A DNA stretch of 63,262 bases, from the NCBI GenBank assembly GCA_964638425.1, contig CAZWYM010000004.1, positions 33,301 to 96,562 on the forward strand. Reading direction: 5' to 3'. The translations under genes and the position numbers were made by a program. Of the stretch, positions 17,191 to 25,252 are shown piece after piece (position 1 is the first letter of the stretch; each line of letters starts with the position of its first letter). The notes under the pieces were generated by a model. That model had not been told where the DNA came from and made no database searches. It saw only the letters and a list, made by a program, of their open reading frames with translations. This DNA comes from an uncultured Candidatus Saccharibacteria bacterium (GTDB taxonomy: Bacteria; Patescibacteriota; Minisyncoccia; Phycocordibacterales; UBA918).

Positions 17191-19169
17191 GAAACGAGTG
17201 CAAAGTCGAGTACCCGCTCTTCCATGTCGGCCCGAGTAAGCTTCACTCTGATTTCTCCACCGAGTGAAAATACTTTTCCAGTCCTGTTTCCCTTAATGCG
17301 ATACTTACTTGCTTCATGGGTAAAGAAGTCCCCCTTAATACTTGAGAGTCGTATCATTCCTTCACAGCGTGATTGCTTCTCTTCAACGTAGAGACCCCAG
17401 TCAGTAACGCCAGTGATGATGCCGTCAAACTCTTGCCCCACTTTATCGAGCATGTATTCCACCTGTTTGTATTTAATTGAGTCGCGCTCAGCACGGACCG
17501 CTCCCATTTCACGTTCTGAAGATTGGATTGAAAGTTTTTCGTACTTTACGATGTCAGATGATTTGATGAGTGTGCCGTCGAGGTGCTTGCGGAGGAGTCG
17601 ATGTGCCATGAGGTCAGGGTAGCGACGAATCGGTGAGGTGAAGTGTGCGTAGTACTTAAAGGCGAGGCCAAAGTGGCCGATGTTTTTTGTTGTGTAGATA
17701 GCCTTTGCCATAGAACGGATGGTTGCCGTCTTAATGAGATTTTCATCAGGCTTACCCTCGATAGATTTTAAAAGTTCATTGATTGCTCGCGCATCAACTG
17801 CACCTTTGTGTGTTTTGAATTCGTGACCGAGTGCATGGAGGAAAATGGTGAGCTCTTCTATTTTTTCAGGATTTGGAACATCGTGAATGCGGTACACAAA
17901 AACGGCATCGCGCCCCTGTTTCTTTGCTTGCGTATTTACAAATTCCGCAACATAACGATTGGCGAGAAGCATGTAGTCCTCAATCATGAGCATTGTCTCG
18001 GTGCGAACTTTTGCATACACGCGAAGTGGCTTTCCGTTTGCATCGAGTTCAAAGCGCACTTCAGGTTGGTCAAATGCTATTGCGCCATCTTTGTACCGTT
18101 GTACACGGAGCTTTCGGCCAATATTCATGAGGATTTGGAGTTCGTCATACATCGTTCCTGCTTTTACATCGAGGACTTCCTGAGCCTCTTCGTAGCTGAA
18201 GCGTTTATTTGAGTGGATGATTGTTTGTCCGTACCACTCATTGTGGATGTTTCCATCTGCATCCATTTCAAACACTGCAGAAAAACTAAGACGATCCTCA
18301 TTTGGTCTAAGTGAACAGAGGTCGTTTGAGAGTTCTTCGGGGAGCATTGGAATAACGCGGTCAACGAGGTAAATAGAAGTACCACGCTCTTGCGCTTCTG
18401 TATCAATAATATCGTTTTCCCGTACGTAGTGAGAGACGTCAGCAATATGGATACCTATTTCGTAGTTGCTGTTTGGAAGTACATGGAATGAAATAGCATC
18501 GTCGAAGTCTTTTGCATCAGCAGGGTCAATGGTGCAGGTGAGGCGGTCGCGCATGTCACGACGTTTTGGATTTTGTCCCAAGGTGTCTGCAACTGCATCT
18601 CTAAAAATTTCCTCCTTACGTGCGTAGAGGTCTTTCCCCGCTTGAGCAATCTCGTGCGGGAAGTTTTCTGAAAAACCACCACCACGGATGATTGCTTGCA
18701 TCTCGGTCTCGTGGTCTCCTACAGGTCCGAGTACTTCGGTAATAGTACCGATAGGGTCTTGGAGCGGATTGTCCCATGCCTGAATATGCACTACGACTTT
18801 CATCCCTTCATGTGTCGCAGTTGCGTCGGGGAGGAGAGGACGAATGTGAATCCTTTTGTTGTCAGGGATGAGTTTGTAGACGCCATCCTTCTTTTGCGGG
18901 GTGCCAATAAACTCTGTAAATTTATTGTCTATAACACGGAGTACCTTTCCTTCACGACGCTTTCCCTGAACCTTCTTTCCAATCTCAATTTCAACAATAT
19001 CCCCGTCGAGCGCAAAGGAGAGTGCCTCATTCGGAATAAGGATATCTTCATCAAAGCCAGGAACGGGGACGTACCCGATGCCTTTACCTCGAATCATAAT
19101 GACCCCTTCATATACACCTGATTGTGGGGCAGGAGAGGGGTTTTGAGAGTGTGTTGATTCTTCTTTCAT
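17187..19169 (-). CDS. rnr: Ribonuclease R
   Basis: OB/cold-shock N-terminus, RNB catalytic domain (..IDPADAKDFDDAIS.., ..SIYLVDRVIPMLP..) and a C-terminal S1 domain (GIITGVTDWGLYVE). Confidence 0.92.
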   Translation of the reverse strand: MKEESTHSQNPSPAPQSGVYEGVIMIRGKGIGYVPVPGFDEDILIPNEALSFALDGDIVEIEIGKKVQGKRREGKVLRVIDNKFTEFIGTPQKKDGVYKLIPDNKRIHIRPLLPDATATHEGMKVVVHIQAWDNPLQDPIGTITEVLGPVGDHETEMQAIIRGGGFSENFPHEIAQAGKDLYARKEEIFRDAVADTLGQNPKRRDMRDRLTCTIDPADAKDFDDAISFHVLPNSNYEIGIHIADVSHYVRENDIIDTEAQERGTSIYLVDRVIPMLPEELSNDLCSLRPNEDRLSFSAVFEMDADGNIHNEWYGQTIIHSNKRFSYEEAQEVLDVKAGTMYDELQILMNIGRKLRVQRYKDGAIAFDQPEVRFELDANGKPLRVYAKVRTETMLMIEDYMLLANRYVAEFVNTQAKKQGRDAVFVYRIHDVPNPEKIEELTIFLHALGHEFKTHKGAVDARAINELLKSIEGKPDENLIKTATIRSMAKAIYTTKNIGHFGLAFKYYAHFTSPIRRYPDLMAHRLLRKHLDGTLIKSSDIVKYEKLSIQSSEREMGAVRAERDSIKYKQVEYMLDKVGQEFDGIITGVTDWGLYVEEKQSRCEGMIRLSSIKGDFFTHEASKYRIKGNRTGKVFSLGGEIRVKLTRADMEERVLDFALVS

Positions 19170-19239
19170 AATGTGGTCTCGAGTGTACCTCGATAGTACC
19201 CATTTGTGAAGCGTGTTGTTCTAAGCATTCCCCATAGGG

Positions 19240-19268
19240 TTGACCATATTGTCTCATTCTGGTATTGT
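19240..19268 (+). promoter_or_regulatory. Sigma-70-like promoter for rpsP (TTGACC-17-TATTGT)
   Basis: -35 at 19240-45 and -10 at 19263-68. The ATG at 19279 is only 10 nt downstream. Confidence 0.45.
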
Positions 19269-19278
19269 TCTCCCACTT

Positions 19279-19719
19279 ATGTTAAAGATGCGATTACAGC
19301 GTTACGGACGGAAAAACGAACCCTCTTACCGAGTGGTTGTTACCGATTCGCGCAACAGTACAAAAACAGGGAACCATGTAGACGTGATTGGCTCATACAA
19401 TCCAAAGATGGGTGAATTCTCAATCGATGGTGATAAGGCTAAGCACTGGATTTCACACGGAGTACAGGTTTCTGACACCGTATACAATTTCCTCATTGCT
19501 CATAAGGTTATCGAAGGAAAGAAGAAGAATGTTCTTCCACGAAAATCTCCAGTTATTGATGAGGCTAAGGTAAAGGCAGAAGCTGAAGCGAAGGCAGCAG
19601 CAGAAAAAGCTGAGGCGGATGCAAAGGCTGCACAAGAAGCTGCCGATGCAGCACCAGCAGAAGTTGTTGCTGAAGAGGCTCCAGCAGTAGTGGCAGAAGA
19701 AGCTACACCAGTCGCGTAA
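19279..19719 (+). CDS. rpsP: 30S ribosomal protein S16 with an Ala/Glu/Lys-rich C-terminal extension
   Basis: MLKMRLQRYGRKNEPSYRVVV.DSR......G..VDVIGSYNP is canonical S16. The ~65-aa low-complexity tail reads AEAEAKAAAEKAEADAKAA... Confidence 0.9.
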   Translation: MLKMRLQRYGRKNEPSYRVVVTDSRNSTKTGNHVDVIGSYNPKMGEFSIDGDKAKHWISHGVQVSDTVYNFLIAHKVIEGKKKNVLPRKSPVIDEAKVKAEAEAKAAAEKAEADAKAAQEAADAAPAEVVAEEAPAVVAEEATPVA

Positions 19720-19734
19720 ATTATATTCTCAACA

Positions 19735-19770
19735 CAACACGCCTATACGTTTTCACGTATAGGCGTGTTG
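19735..19770 (+). terminator. 15-bp hairpin after rpsP
   Basis: caacacgcctatacg-ttttca-cgtataggcgtgttg. Confidence 0.6.
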
Positions 19771-19874
19771 ACGTATTTATGCTTCCTGATACCATTCTAT
19801 GAGTACGTTTTAGTTTCGTAATGAACGTAATGGTAGCTTAGCAGACAAGTTCTTAATTAATTCAAAATATTTCT

Positions 19875-20228
19875 ATGGAATTAGATCAGCAGTTTCTTGA
19901 ACAGCTTGTAAAGGCACTCGTTGACCACCCGGAAAGTGTAAAGATTACCCGCACTGTTGATGAGATGGGAGTACTCCTTCTTTTGGATGTACATGCCGAG
20001 GACATGGGAAAGATTATTGGACGATCAGGTAATACCGCTAAGGCAATCCGAACACTCCTCCGTGTTGTAGGAATGAAGAATGAAGCACGCGTTAACTTGA
20101 AGATTAATGAACCAGAAGGAGGAACACGAAGTTCAGCATCTTCTGATATGAATGTTGATTCAAGCGTTGATGAGGTGCAGAATACTCCGAAGTCTTTGGA
20201 CGAAGCAATCGAAGGTTTGAGAATCTAA
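19875..20228 (+). CDS. khpA: KH-domain RNA-binding protein (UPF0109/KhpA-like) with a C-terminal extension
   Basis: ..LVKALVDHPESVKI........LLLLDVHAEDMGKIIGRSGNTAKAIRTLL.. has the GxxG KH motif. It sits between rpsP and trmD as in many bacteria. Confidence 0.8.
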   Translation: MELDQQFLEQLVKALVDHPESVKITRTVDEMGVLLLLDVHAEDMGKIIGRSGNTAKAIRTLLRVVGMKNEARVNLKINEPEGGTRSSASSDMNVDSSVDEVQNTPKSLDEAIEGLRI

Positions 20229-20339
20229 ATTGGCAAACTGCTTTGTTGCAGTTCGAAAAAAGACAGTCGCCGTATGCAAATACGTCTTCTGTCTTTTTTC
20301 TTCTGCGCCTCGCATTTTATCCAATTTAGATTCTCAAAC
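20214..20339 (+). repeat. Imperfect-palindrome element, copy D (126 nt)
   Basis: Basal helix gtttgagaatctaaattgg / ccaatttagattctcaaac (19 bp perfect). Box tgctttgtt at 20239-47. Helix aaaaaagacag/ctgtctttttt. Apical tcgccgtatgcaaatacgtctt at 20267-88. Confidence 0.75.
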
Positions 20340-20355
20340 TTAAAGAAGAGAGCAC

Positions 20356-20386
20356 AAAACCCGCACGCTATGCGTGCGGGTTTTGT
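20356..20386 (+). terminator. Intrinsic terminator
   Basis: aaaa-cccgcacgc-tat-gcgtgcggg-tttt. Confidence 0.8.
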
Positions 20387-20407
20387 GTTAGGATACGAAG
20401 TAATTCT

Positions 20408-20878
20408 ATGTCAGAAAAATATAACAAAGAGACAGGTGATGCGGTGTATTTCTACACATCACGATTCTATGAACTCGACAATTTCTCCGCACACGCTGTA
20501 GAAAATTGGGATCGCGTGTTTCCAACTTCTGAACATGCATATCAGTGGAAGAAATTTATTGATAGAAATACTGCGGTTGCAGATAGTATTTTGAATGCAC
20601 GGAGTCCACAGCTCGTAAAAAATATTTCTAATGACAACAAATCTTTGGTTTCGTCCGAATGGGACACAGAGAAGGTCGGTGTCATGGAAGAAATACTAAG
20701 GGTAAAGCTTTCTCAGCATGCTGATGTGGAGGCGGTTCTCAGAAGTACTGGATCAAAAATGATTATAGAAAACTCTCCATCTGATTCATTTTGGGGAATT
20801 GGTCCAACTGGTGAGGGCGAAAATAATTTAGGCAAAATTTGGATGAAATTGAGGAATGAGTTATCTTTAGAAAAATAA
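20408..20878 (+). CDS. NADAR (YbiA/DUF1768) family protein
   Basis: ..FYELDNFSAH.......FPTSEHAYQWKKF ... SFWGIG..GEGENNLGKIWMKLR matches the NADAR-family pattern as I recall it. Confidence 0.65.
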   Translation: MSEKYNKETGDAVYFYTSRFYELDNFSAHAVENWDRVFPTSEHAYQWKKFIDRNTAVADSILNARSPQLVKNISNDNKSLVSSEWDTEKVGVMEEILRVKLSQHADVEAVLRSTGSKMIIENSPSDSFWGIGPTGEGENNLGKIWMKLRNELSLEK

Positions 20879-20879
20879 T

Positions 20880-21566
20880 ATGCATTTTCACGTAATAACT
20901 CTTTTTACGGAAGTCTGCCAAGCGTACACTGACGCCTCTATTCTTGGTCGTGCGCAAAAAACAGATAAAGGTAAAGGCTCGAAGGTTCGTGGAAAGAAAA
21001 TCGAGGTGAAGTACTACGACCCGCGTACTTTTTCGAAGGACAAGCACAAGCGAGTCGACCAACGCCCATATGGAGGTGGCCCTGGCATGGTCATGCAAGC
21101 AGAGCCAATTCTTCGTGCTTGGGAAAAAGCGGTTGGAAAGAAAAAAGAACCGAAGAAAATAAAGACACTCATCATGTCTCCACGAGGAAAGAAGTTTGAT
21201 ACAAAGATGGCGCAAACCCTTGCGGTAAAGTATGACCACATCGTTCTTATTTCAGGTCGCTATGAAGGTATTGATACGCGCGTGAAGAAAATACTGAAGG
21301 CAGAAGAAGTATCAGTAGGGGATTACGTACTTACAGGCGGTGAACTTCCTGCACTTTCTATCATTGACTCTGTCTCACGACAGATTCCTGGCGTACTCGG
21401 CACTTTTGAATCACTCGAAGATGAGCGTGTTTCATCAGGGGTGATGTACACCCGACCCGAGGTTCTCGAATACAAAAAGAAGAAATACAAAGTCCCACCG
21501 GTACTCATGAATGGTAATCACGCTGAGATTGAACGTTTCAAGCTCGAGCAAGAGACTAAGAAATAA
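20880..21566 (+). CDS. trmD: tRNA (guanine37-N1)-methyltransferase
   Basis: ..VDQRPYGGGPGMVM.., ..ISGRYEGIDTRV.., ..SVGDYVLTGGELPALSIIDSVSR.. Confidence 0.93.
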   Translation: MHFHVITLFTEVCQAYTDASILGRAQKTDKGKGSKVRGKKIEVKYYDPRTFSKDKHKRVDQRPYGGGPGMVMQAEPILRAWEKAVGKKKEPKKIKTLIMSPRGKKFDTKMAQTLAVKYDHIVLISGRYEGIDTRVKKILKAEEVSVGDYVLTGGELPALSIIDSVSRQIPGVLGTFESLEDERVSSGVMYTRPEVLEYKKKKYKVPPVLMNGNHAEIERFKLEQETKK

Positions 21567-21570
21567 TGCA

Positions 21571-21606
21571 GTTACATCATAACGTACGGCCGTACGTTAT
21601 GATGTA
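21571..21606 (+). terminator. Perfect 36-nt palindrome after trmD
   Basis: ttacatcataacgtacgg/ccgtacgttatgatgtaa followed by aaaaaa. Confidence 0.55.
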
Positions 21607-21764
21607 AAAAAGTAGCAGAGGCGATATAGGGAAAAAACTAAAGAATCTGAGAAATTGAGGCGAATTCGCGAAAAAGCGAAGTTCCTGACGAAGACGTACA
21701 AGTGTACGGCGAAGGAAGAAACTGATGCTTTGACAAAGAAGTCGTCCAAGTTCACAGGTTCTTA

Positions 21765-21793
21765 TTGACGTTTCATGGGTTTACAGGTATACT
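21765..21793 (+). promoter_or_regulatory. Sigma-70-like promoter for rpoBC (TTGACG-17-TATACT)
   Basis: -35 at 21765-70 and -10 at 21788-93, giving a ~220-nt leader before the rpoB ATG at 22018. Confidence 0.5.
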
Positions 21794-21928
21794 CCTGCCC
21801 ATACCAAACACCTACGAATGAGTCCTGAATGTGCGGTTTTATATGGAGGCTAGGGAAGTTGCGGAACTTTCTTAGAAAATCACAGCACGTGATGTATACA
21901 ATTCAAGCACAATAAAAAAGTGTCTATT

Positions 21929-21957
21929 AAAGACGCGCAGTATGCGCAGTCTTTTTT
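21929..21957 (+). promoter_or_regulatory. Terminator-like hairpin plus T-run inside the rpoB leader (possible attenuator)
   Basis: aaagac-gcgca-gta-tgcgc-a-gtcttttttt, 60 nt upstream of the rpoB ATG. Confidence 0.45.
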
Positions 21958-22017
21958 ATGTCTCTGATTTTTGCGTTTGAAAGAAGATTATTAAAGAGAG
22001 GGTAATTATTTATCACC

Positions 22018-25000
22018 ATGGCGCATACACCAAAAATTCGAGAGGAACAGTCTGTCGGAATGCTTCCTAAAAAGCGGTTTCAAAACTATCGCGATGCACG
22101 AGTATCACTTCCAGATCTCGTAGAGCCTCAGCGATTGTCTTACACAAACTTCATTGAGATTGGTCTCAAAGAAGTATTTAAAGAGTTTTCACCTATTAGT
22201 GACTACTCAGAAAAGAAGTTTGATTTGGTTTTTAAGAAGTATGAACTCGGGAAGCCAAAAACTACCCCAGAGTATGCACACGACAACAAGCTCACCTACG
22301 AAGCGCCACTCCGTGCGCAGGTTGTTTTGAAGAACAAGACATTTGGAGGTGAGAAGGAACAAGAAATTTTCCTTGCTGACATTCCAGTAATGACTGAGAA
22401 CGGAACATTCATCATCAATGGTGTTGAACGTGTTATCGTTCCTCAGCTTGCACGTTCGTACGGTATCTTCTTCACGACAAGTGAATCAAAGGGACGAACA
22501 TTCTTCGGAGCAAAAATCATCCCTGCACGAGGTGCGTGGGTTGAAATCGAATCTGAAGCTGATGGTGTCATCTATGTAAAGATTGACCGAAAGCGAAAGT
22601 TCCCAATCTCTTCACTCTTCCGCGTACTTGGTGTAACTGACGATAAGGAAATTCAAAAGCTCTTCAAGGGCGTTCCGCACGCTGATGAATACATTGCAAA
22701 GACTCTTGCAAAGGACGTTGCGAAGACGGCTGATGTTTCATACATCGAAATCTACAAGCGACTTCGAGATGGAGACCTTGCAACCGTAGATAACGCAAAG
22801 GAATTTGTGAACTCTATTTTTAGTCCTCAGCGATACGACCTCTCAGAAATCGGACGACACCACTTCAATCAACGATTTGGACTCAATACAGATGCAAAGG
22901 CTGACGCACATCGAACTATTGGTGTTGAAGACTTGGTAACAATCATCAAGAACATCATTGAGCAAAACCACACTCCAGGTGCGCTCGCTGACGACATTGA
23001 CCACCTCGGTTTCCGACGTGTTCGATACTTTGGTGAAATGCTCCAACAGCGTATTCGTGTTGGTATGACTCGTGTAAAGCGAAACATCCAAGACCGAATG
23101 TCGACTATCGAAGCGGAGACATCACTTCCAATTCAACTCATCAATCCTCGACCACTCCAAGCAGCAATTAAGGAGTTCTTCACTACAAACCAACTTTCAC
23201 AGTTCATGCAACAGCAGAACATGCTCGCAGAACTCGAAGGACTCCGTACACTCTCAGCACTCGGTCCCGGCGGACTCACACGTGAGCGTGCAGGATTTGA
23301 AGTACGTGACGTTCACACATCTCACTACGGACGACTCTGTCCAATTCATACACCAGAAGGACCAAACATTGGACTTATTCTTCGTCTCTCAATGTATGCT
23401 CGTGTAAACCGATTCGGTATTATCGAGACCCCATACGCAAAGGTAGAGAAGGGTGTGGTAAAGGATGAGATTGTATACCTCAACGCACACGAAGAAGAGC
23501 ATTTCAATATTGCACACGCTGCGATTGAAGTAGCTGATGACGGGAAAATTAAGAAAGATATGATTGAGGTTCGATTCAAGGGTGAGCCACATATCGTTGC
23601 GAAAAAGGATGTGCAGTACATCGACATTGCGACAAACCAAGCATTCTCTGTTGCGACATCAATGATTCCATTCATTAACCATGACGACGCAAACCGCGCA
23701 CTCATGGGTTCAAACATGCAGAAGCAAGCGACTCCATGCATCGTGCAGGAGGCACCGCTTGTTGCGACTGGTGTTGAAGAGATGGCAGCACGAGACACCG
23801 GACGAATGATTGTTGCAGATGAGGCAGGAGAAGTTGTTGAAGCCGATGCACGACACATTGTTCTCAAAAACAAAGAAGGAAAGAAGAAGGAGTACACACT
23901 CACTACATTCCAGCGAACAAACGATTTCTCTGCGTTCTATCACCGCGCATCTGTTTCTGTGGGAGATATGGTTAAGCGTGGAGACGTACTCGCAAACACT
24001 TCATCAACCGATGAGGGACAAATGGCACTTGGACAAAACATGCTCGTCGCGTTCATGAGTTGGAACGGAGCAAACTATGAAGACGCGATTATTATTTCTG
24101 AACGTATTGTTAAGGACAGTAAATTTGCAACCATTCACCTTGATGAGCTCGAAGTATCTGTTCGTGATACAAAACTTGGCCCTGAAGTAACTACTCCAGA
24201 TATTCCAAACGTAAGTGAACAAAAGCTTCGTAACCTTGATGAGGAAGGAATCATCCGTGTAGGTGCTGAAGTGCGCCCAGGTGACATCCTTGTTGGTAAA
24301 GTAACTCCAAAGGGTGAAACACAACTTACTCCAGAAGAGCGACTTCTTCGTTCAATCTTCGGAGAAAAGGCGAAGGACGTAAAGGACACATCACTCCGCC
24401 TTGAAGCAGGAAAGCGAGGACGTGTTATTGGTGTGAAGATATTTACTCGTGAAGCAGGTGACCAACTCGAAAGTGGTGTCATCAAGCGAATTCACATTAC
24501 CGTTGCGCAAGTACGTAACGTTTCTGTGGGAGACAAGCTTGCAGGACGTCACGGTAACAAGGGAGTTATCTCTCGCATCCTTCCTGAGGAAGATATGCCA
24601 TACACCGAAGACGGAAAGCCAGTCGACGTTATTCTTACACCGCTCGGAGTTCCAAGCCGTATGAACCTCGGACAAATTCTTGAGCTTCACCTCGGTATGG
24701 CTGCAAACACACTCGGCTACCAAGCTATCGTTCCACCATTTGCAGGTGCAAGTGAAAAGGAAGTGAAGGAGGAGCTTGTCGCTGCAGGACTTCCAGCTGA
24801 TGGAAAGCTCGCACTCCGCGATGGACGCACAGGAGAATCATTCGCACAGCGAATTTCAGTAGGGTACATGTACATCTTGAAACTGCATCACATGGTGGAA
24901 GACAAAATCCACATGCGATCGATTGGTCCGTACTCTCTCATTACCCAACAGCCACTCGGAGGAAAGGCACAGGTGGGAGGACAACGTTTCGGGGAAATGG

Positions 25001-25227
25001 AAGTGTGGGCGCTTCTCGGTTACGGTGCTGCATATACGCTCCGTGAAATGCTCACTATTAAGTCAGACGACATTGTTGGACGTTCAGCAGCATTTGATGC
25101 AATCGTCCGTGGTGAAAAAATCAGTCATCCGCACACACCAGCTGCATTCAATGTATTAGTAAATCAATTGCGTGGTCTTTCGCTTGATATCGATTTACGA
25201 AAAGGTGATGTCGCAGAGCGCAATTAA
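22018..25227 (+). CDS. rpoB: DNA-directed RNA polymerase beta subunit
   Basis: 1069 aa. Contains ..GDKLAGRHGNKGVIS.., ..SNMQKQATP.., ..GGQRFGEMEVWAL.. Confidence 0.97.
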   Translation: MAHTPKIREEQSVGMLPKKRFQNYRDARVSLPDLVEPQRLSYTNFIEIGLKEVFKEFSPISDYSEKKFDLVFKKYELGKPKTTPEYAHDNKLTYEAPLRAQVVLKNKTFGGEKEQEIFLADIPVMTENGTFIINGVERVIVPQLARSYGIFFTTSESKGRTFFGAKIIPARGAWVEIESEADGVIYVKIDRKRKFPISSLFRVLGVTDDKEIQKLFKGVPHADEYIAKTLAKDVAKTADVSYIEIYKRLRDGDLATVDNAKEFVNSIFSPQRYDLSEIGRHHFNQRFGLNTDAKADAHRTIGVEDLVTIIKNIIEQNHTPGALADDIDHLGFRRVRYFGEMLQQRIRVGMTRVKRNIQDRMSTIEAETSLPIQLINPRPLQAAIKEFFTTNQLSQFMQQQNMLAELEGLRTLSALGPGGLTRERAGFEVRDVHTSHYGRLCPIHTPEGPNIGLILRLSMYARVNRFGIIETPYAKVEKGVVKDEIVYLNAHEEEHFNIAHAAIEVADDGKIKKDMIEVRFKGEPHIVAKKDVQYIDIATNQAFSVATSMIPFINHDDANRALMGSNMQKQATPCIVQEAPLVATGVEEMAARDTGRMIVADEAGEVVEADARHIVLKNKEGKKKEYTLTTFQRTNDFSAFYHRASVSVGDMVKRGDVLANTSSTDEGQMALGQNMLVAFMSWNGANYEDAIIISERIVKDSKFATIHLDELEVSVRDTKLGPEVTTPDIPNVSEQKLRNLDEEGIIRVGAEVRPGDILVGKVTPKGETQLTPEERLLRSIFGEKAKDVKDTSLRLEAGKRGRVIGVKIFTREAGDQLESGVIKRIHITVAQVRNVSVGDKLAGRHGNKGVISRILPEEDMPYTEDGKPVDVILTPLGVPSRMNLGQILELHLGMAANTLGYQAIVPPFAGASEKEVKEELVAAGLPADGKLALRDGRTGESFAQRISVGYMYILKLHHMVEDKIHMRSIGPYSLITQQPLGGKAQVGGQRFGEMEVWALLGYGAAYTLREMLTIKSDDIVGRSAAFDAIVRGEKISHPHTPAAFNVLVNQLRGLSLDIDLRKGDVAERN

Positions 25228-25252
25228 TAGTAGTCTTCAATAAGTAATTAAT

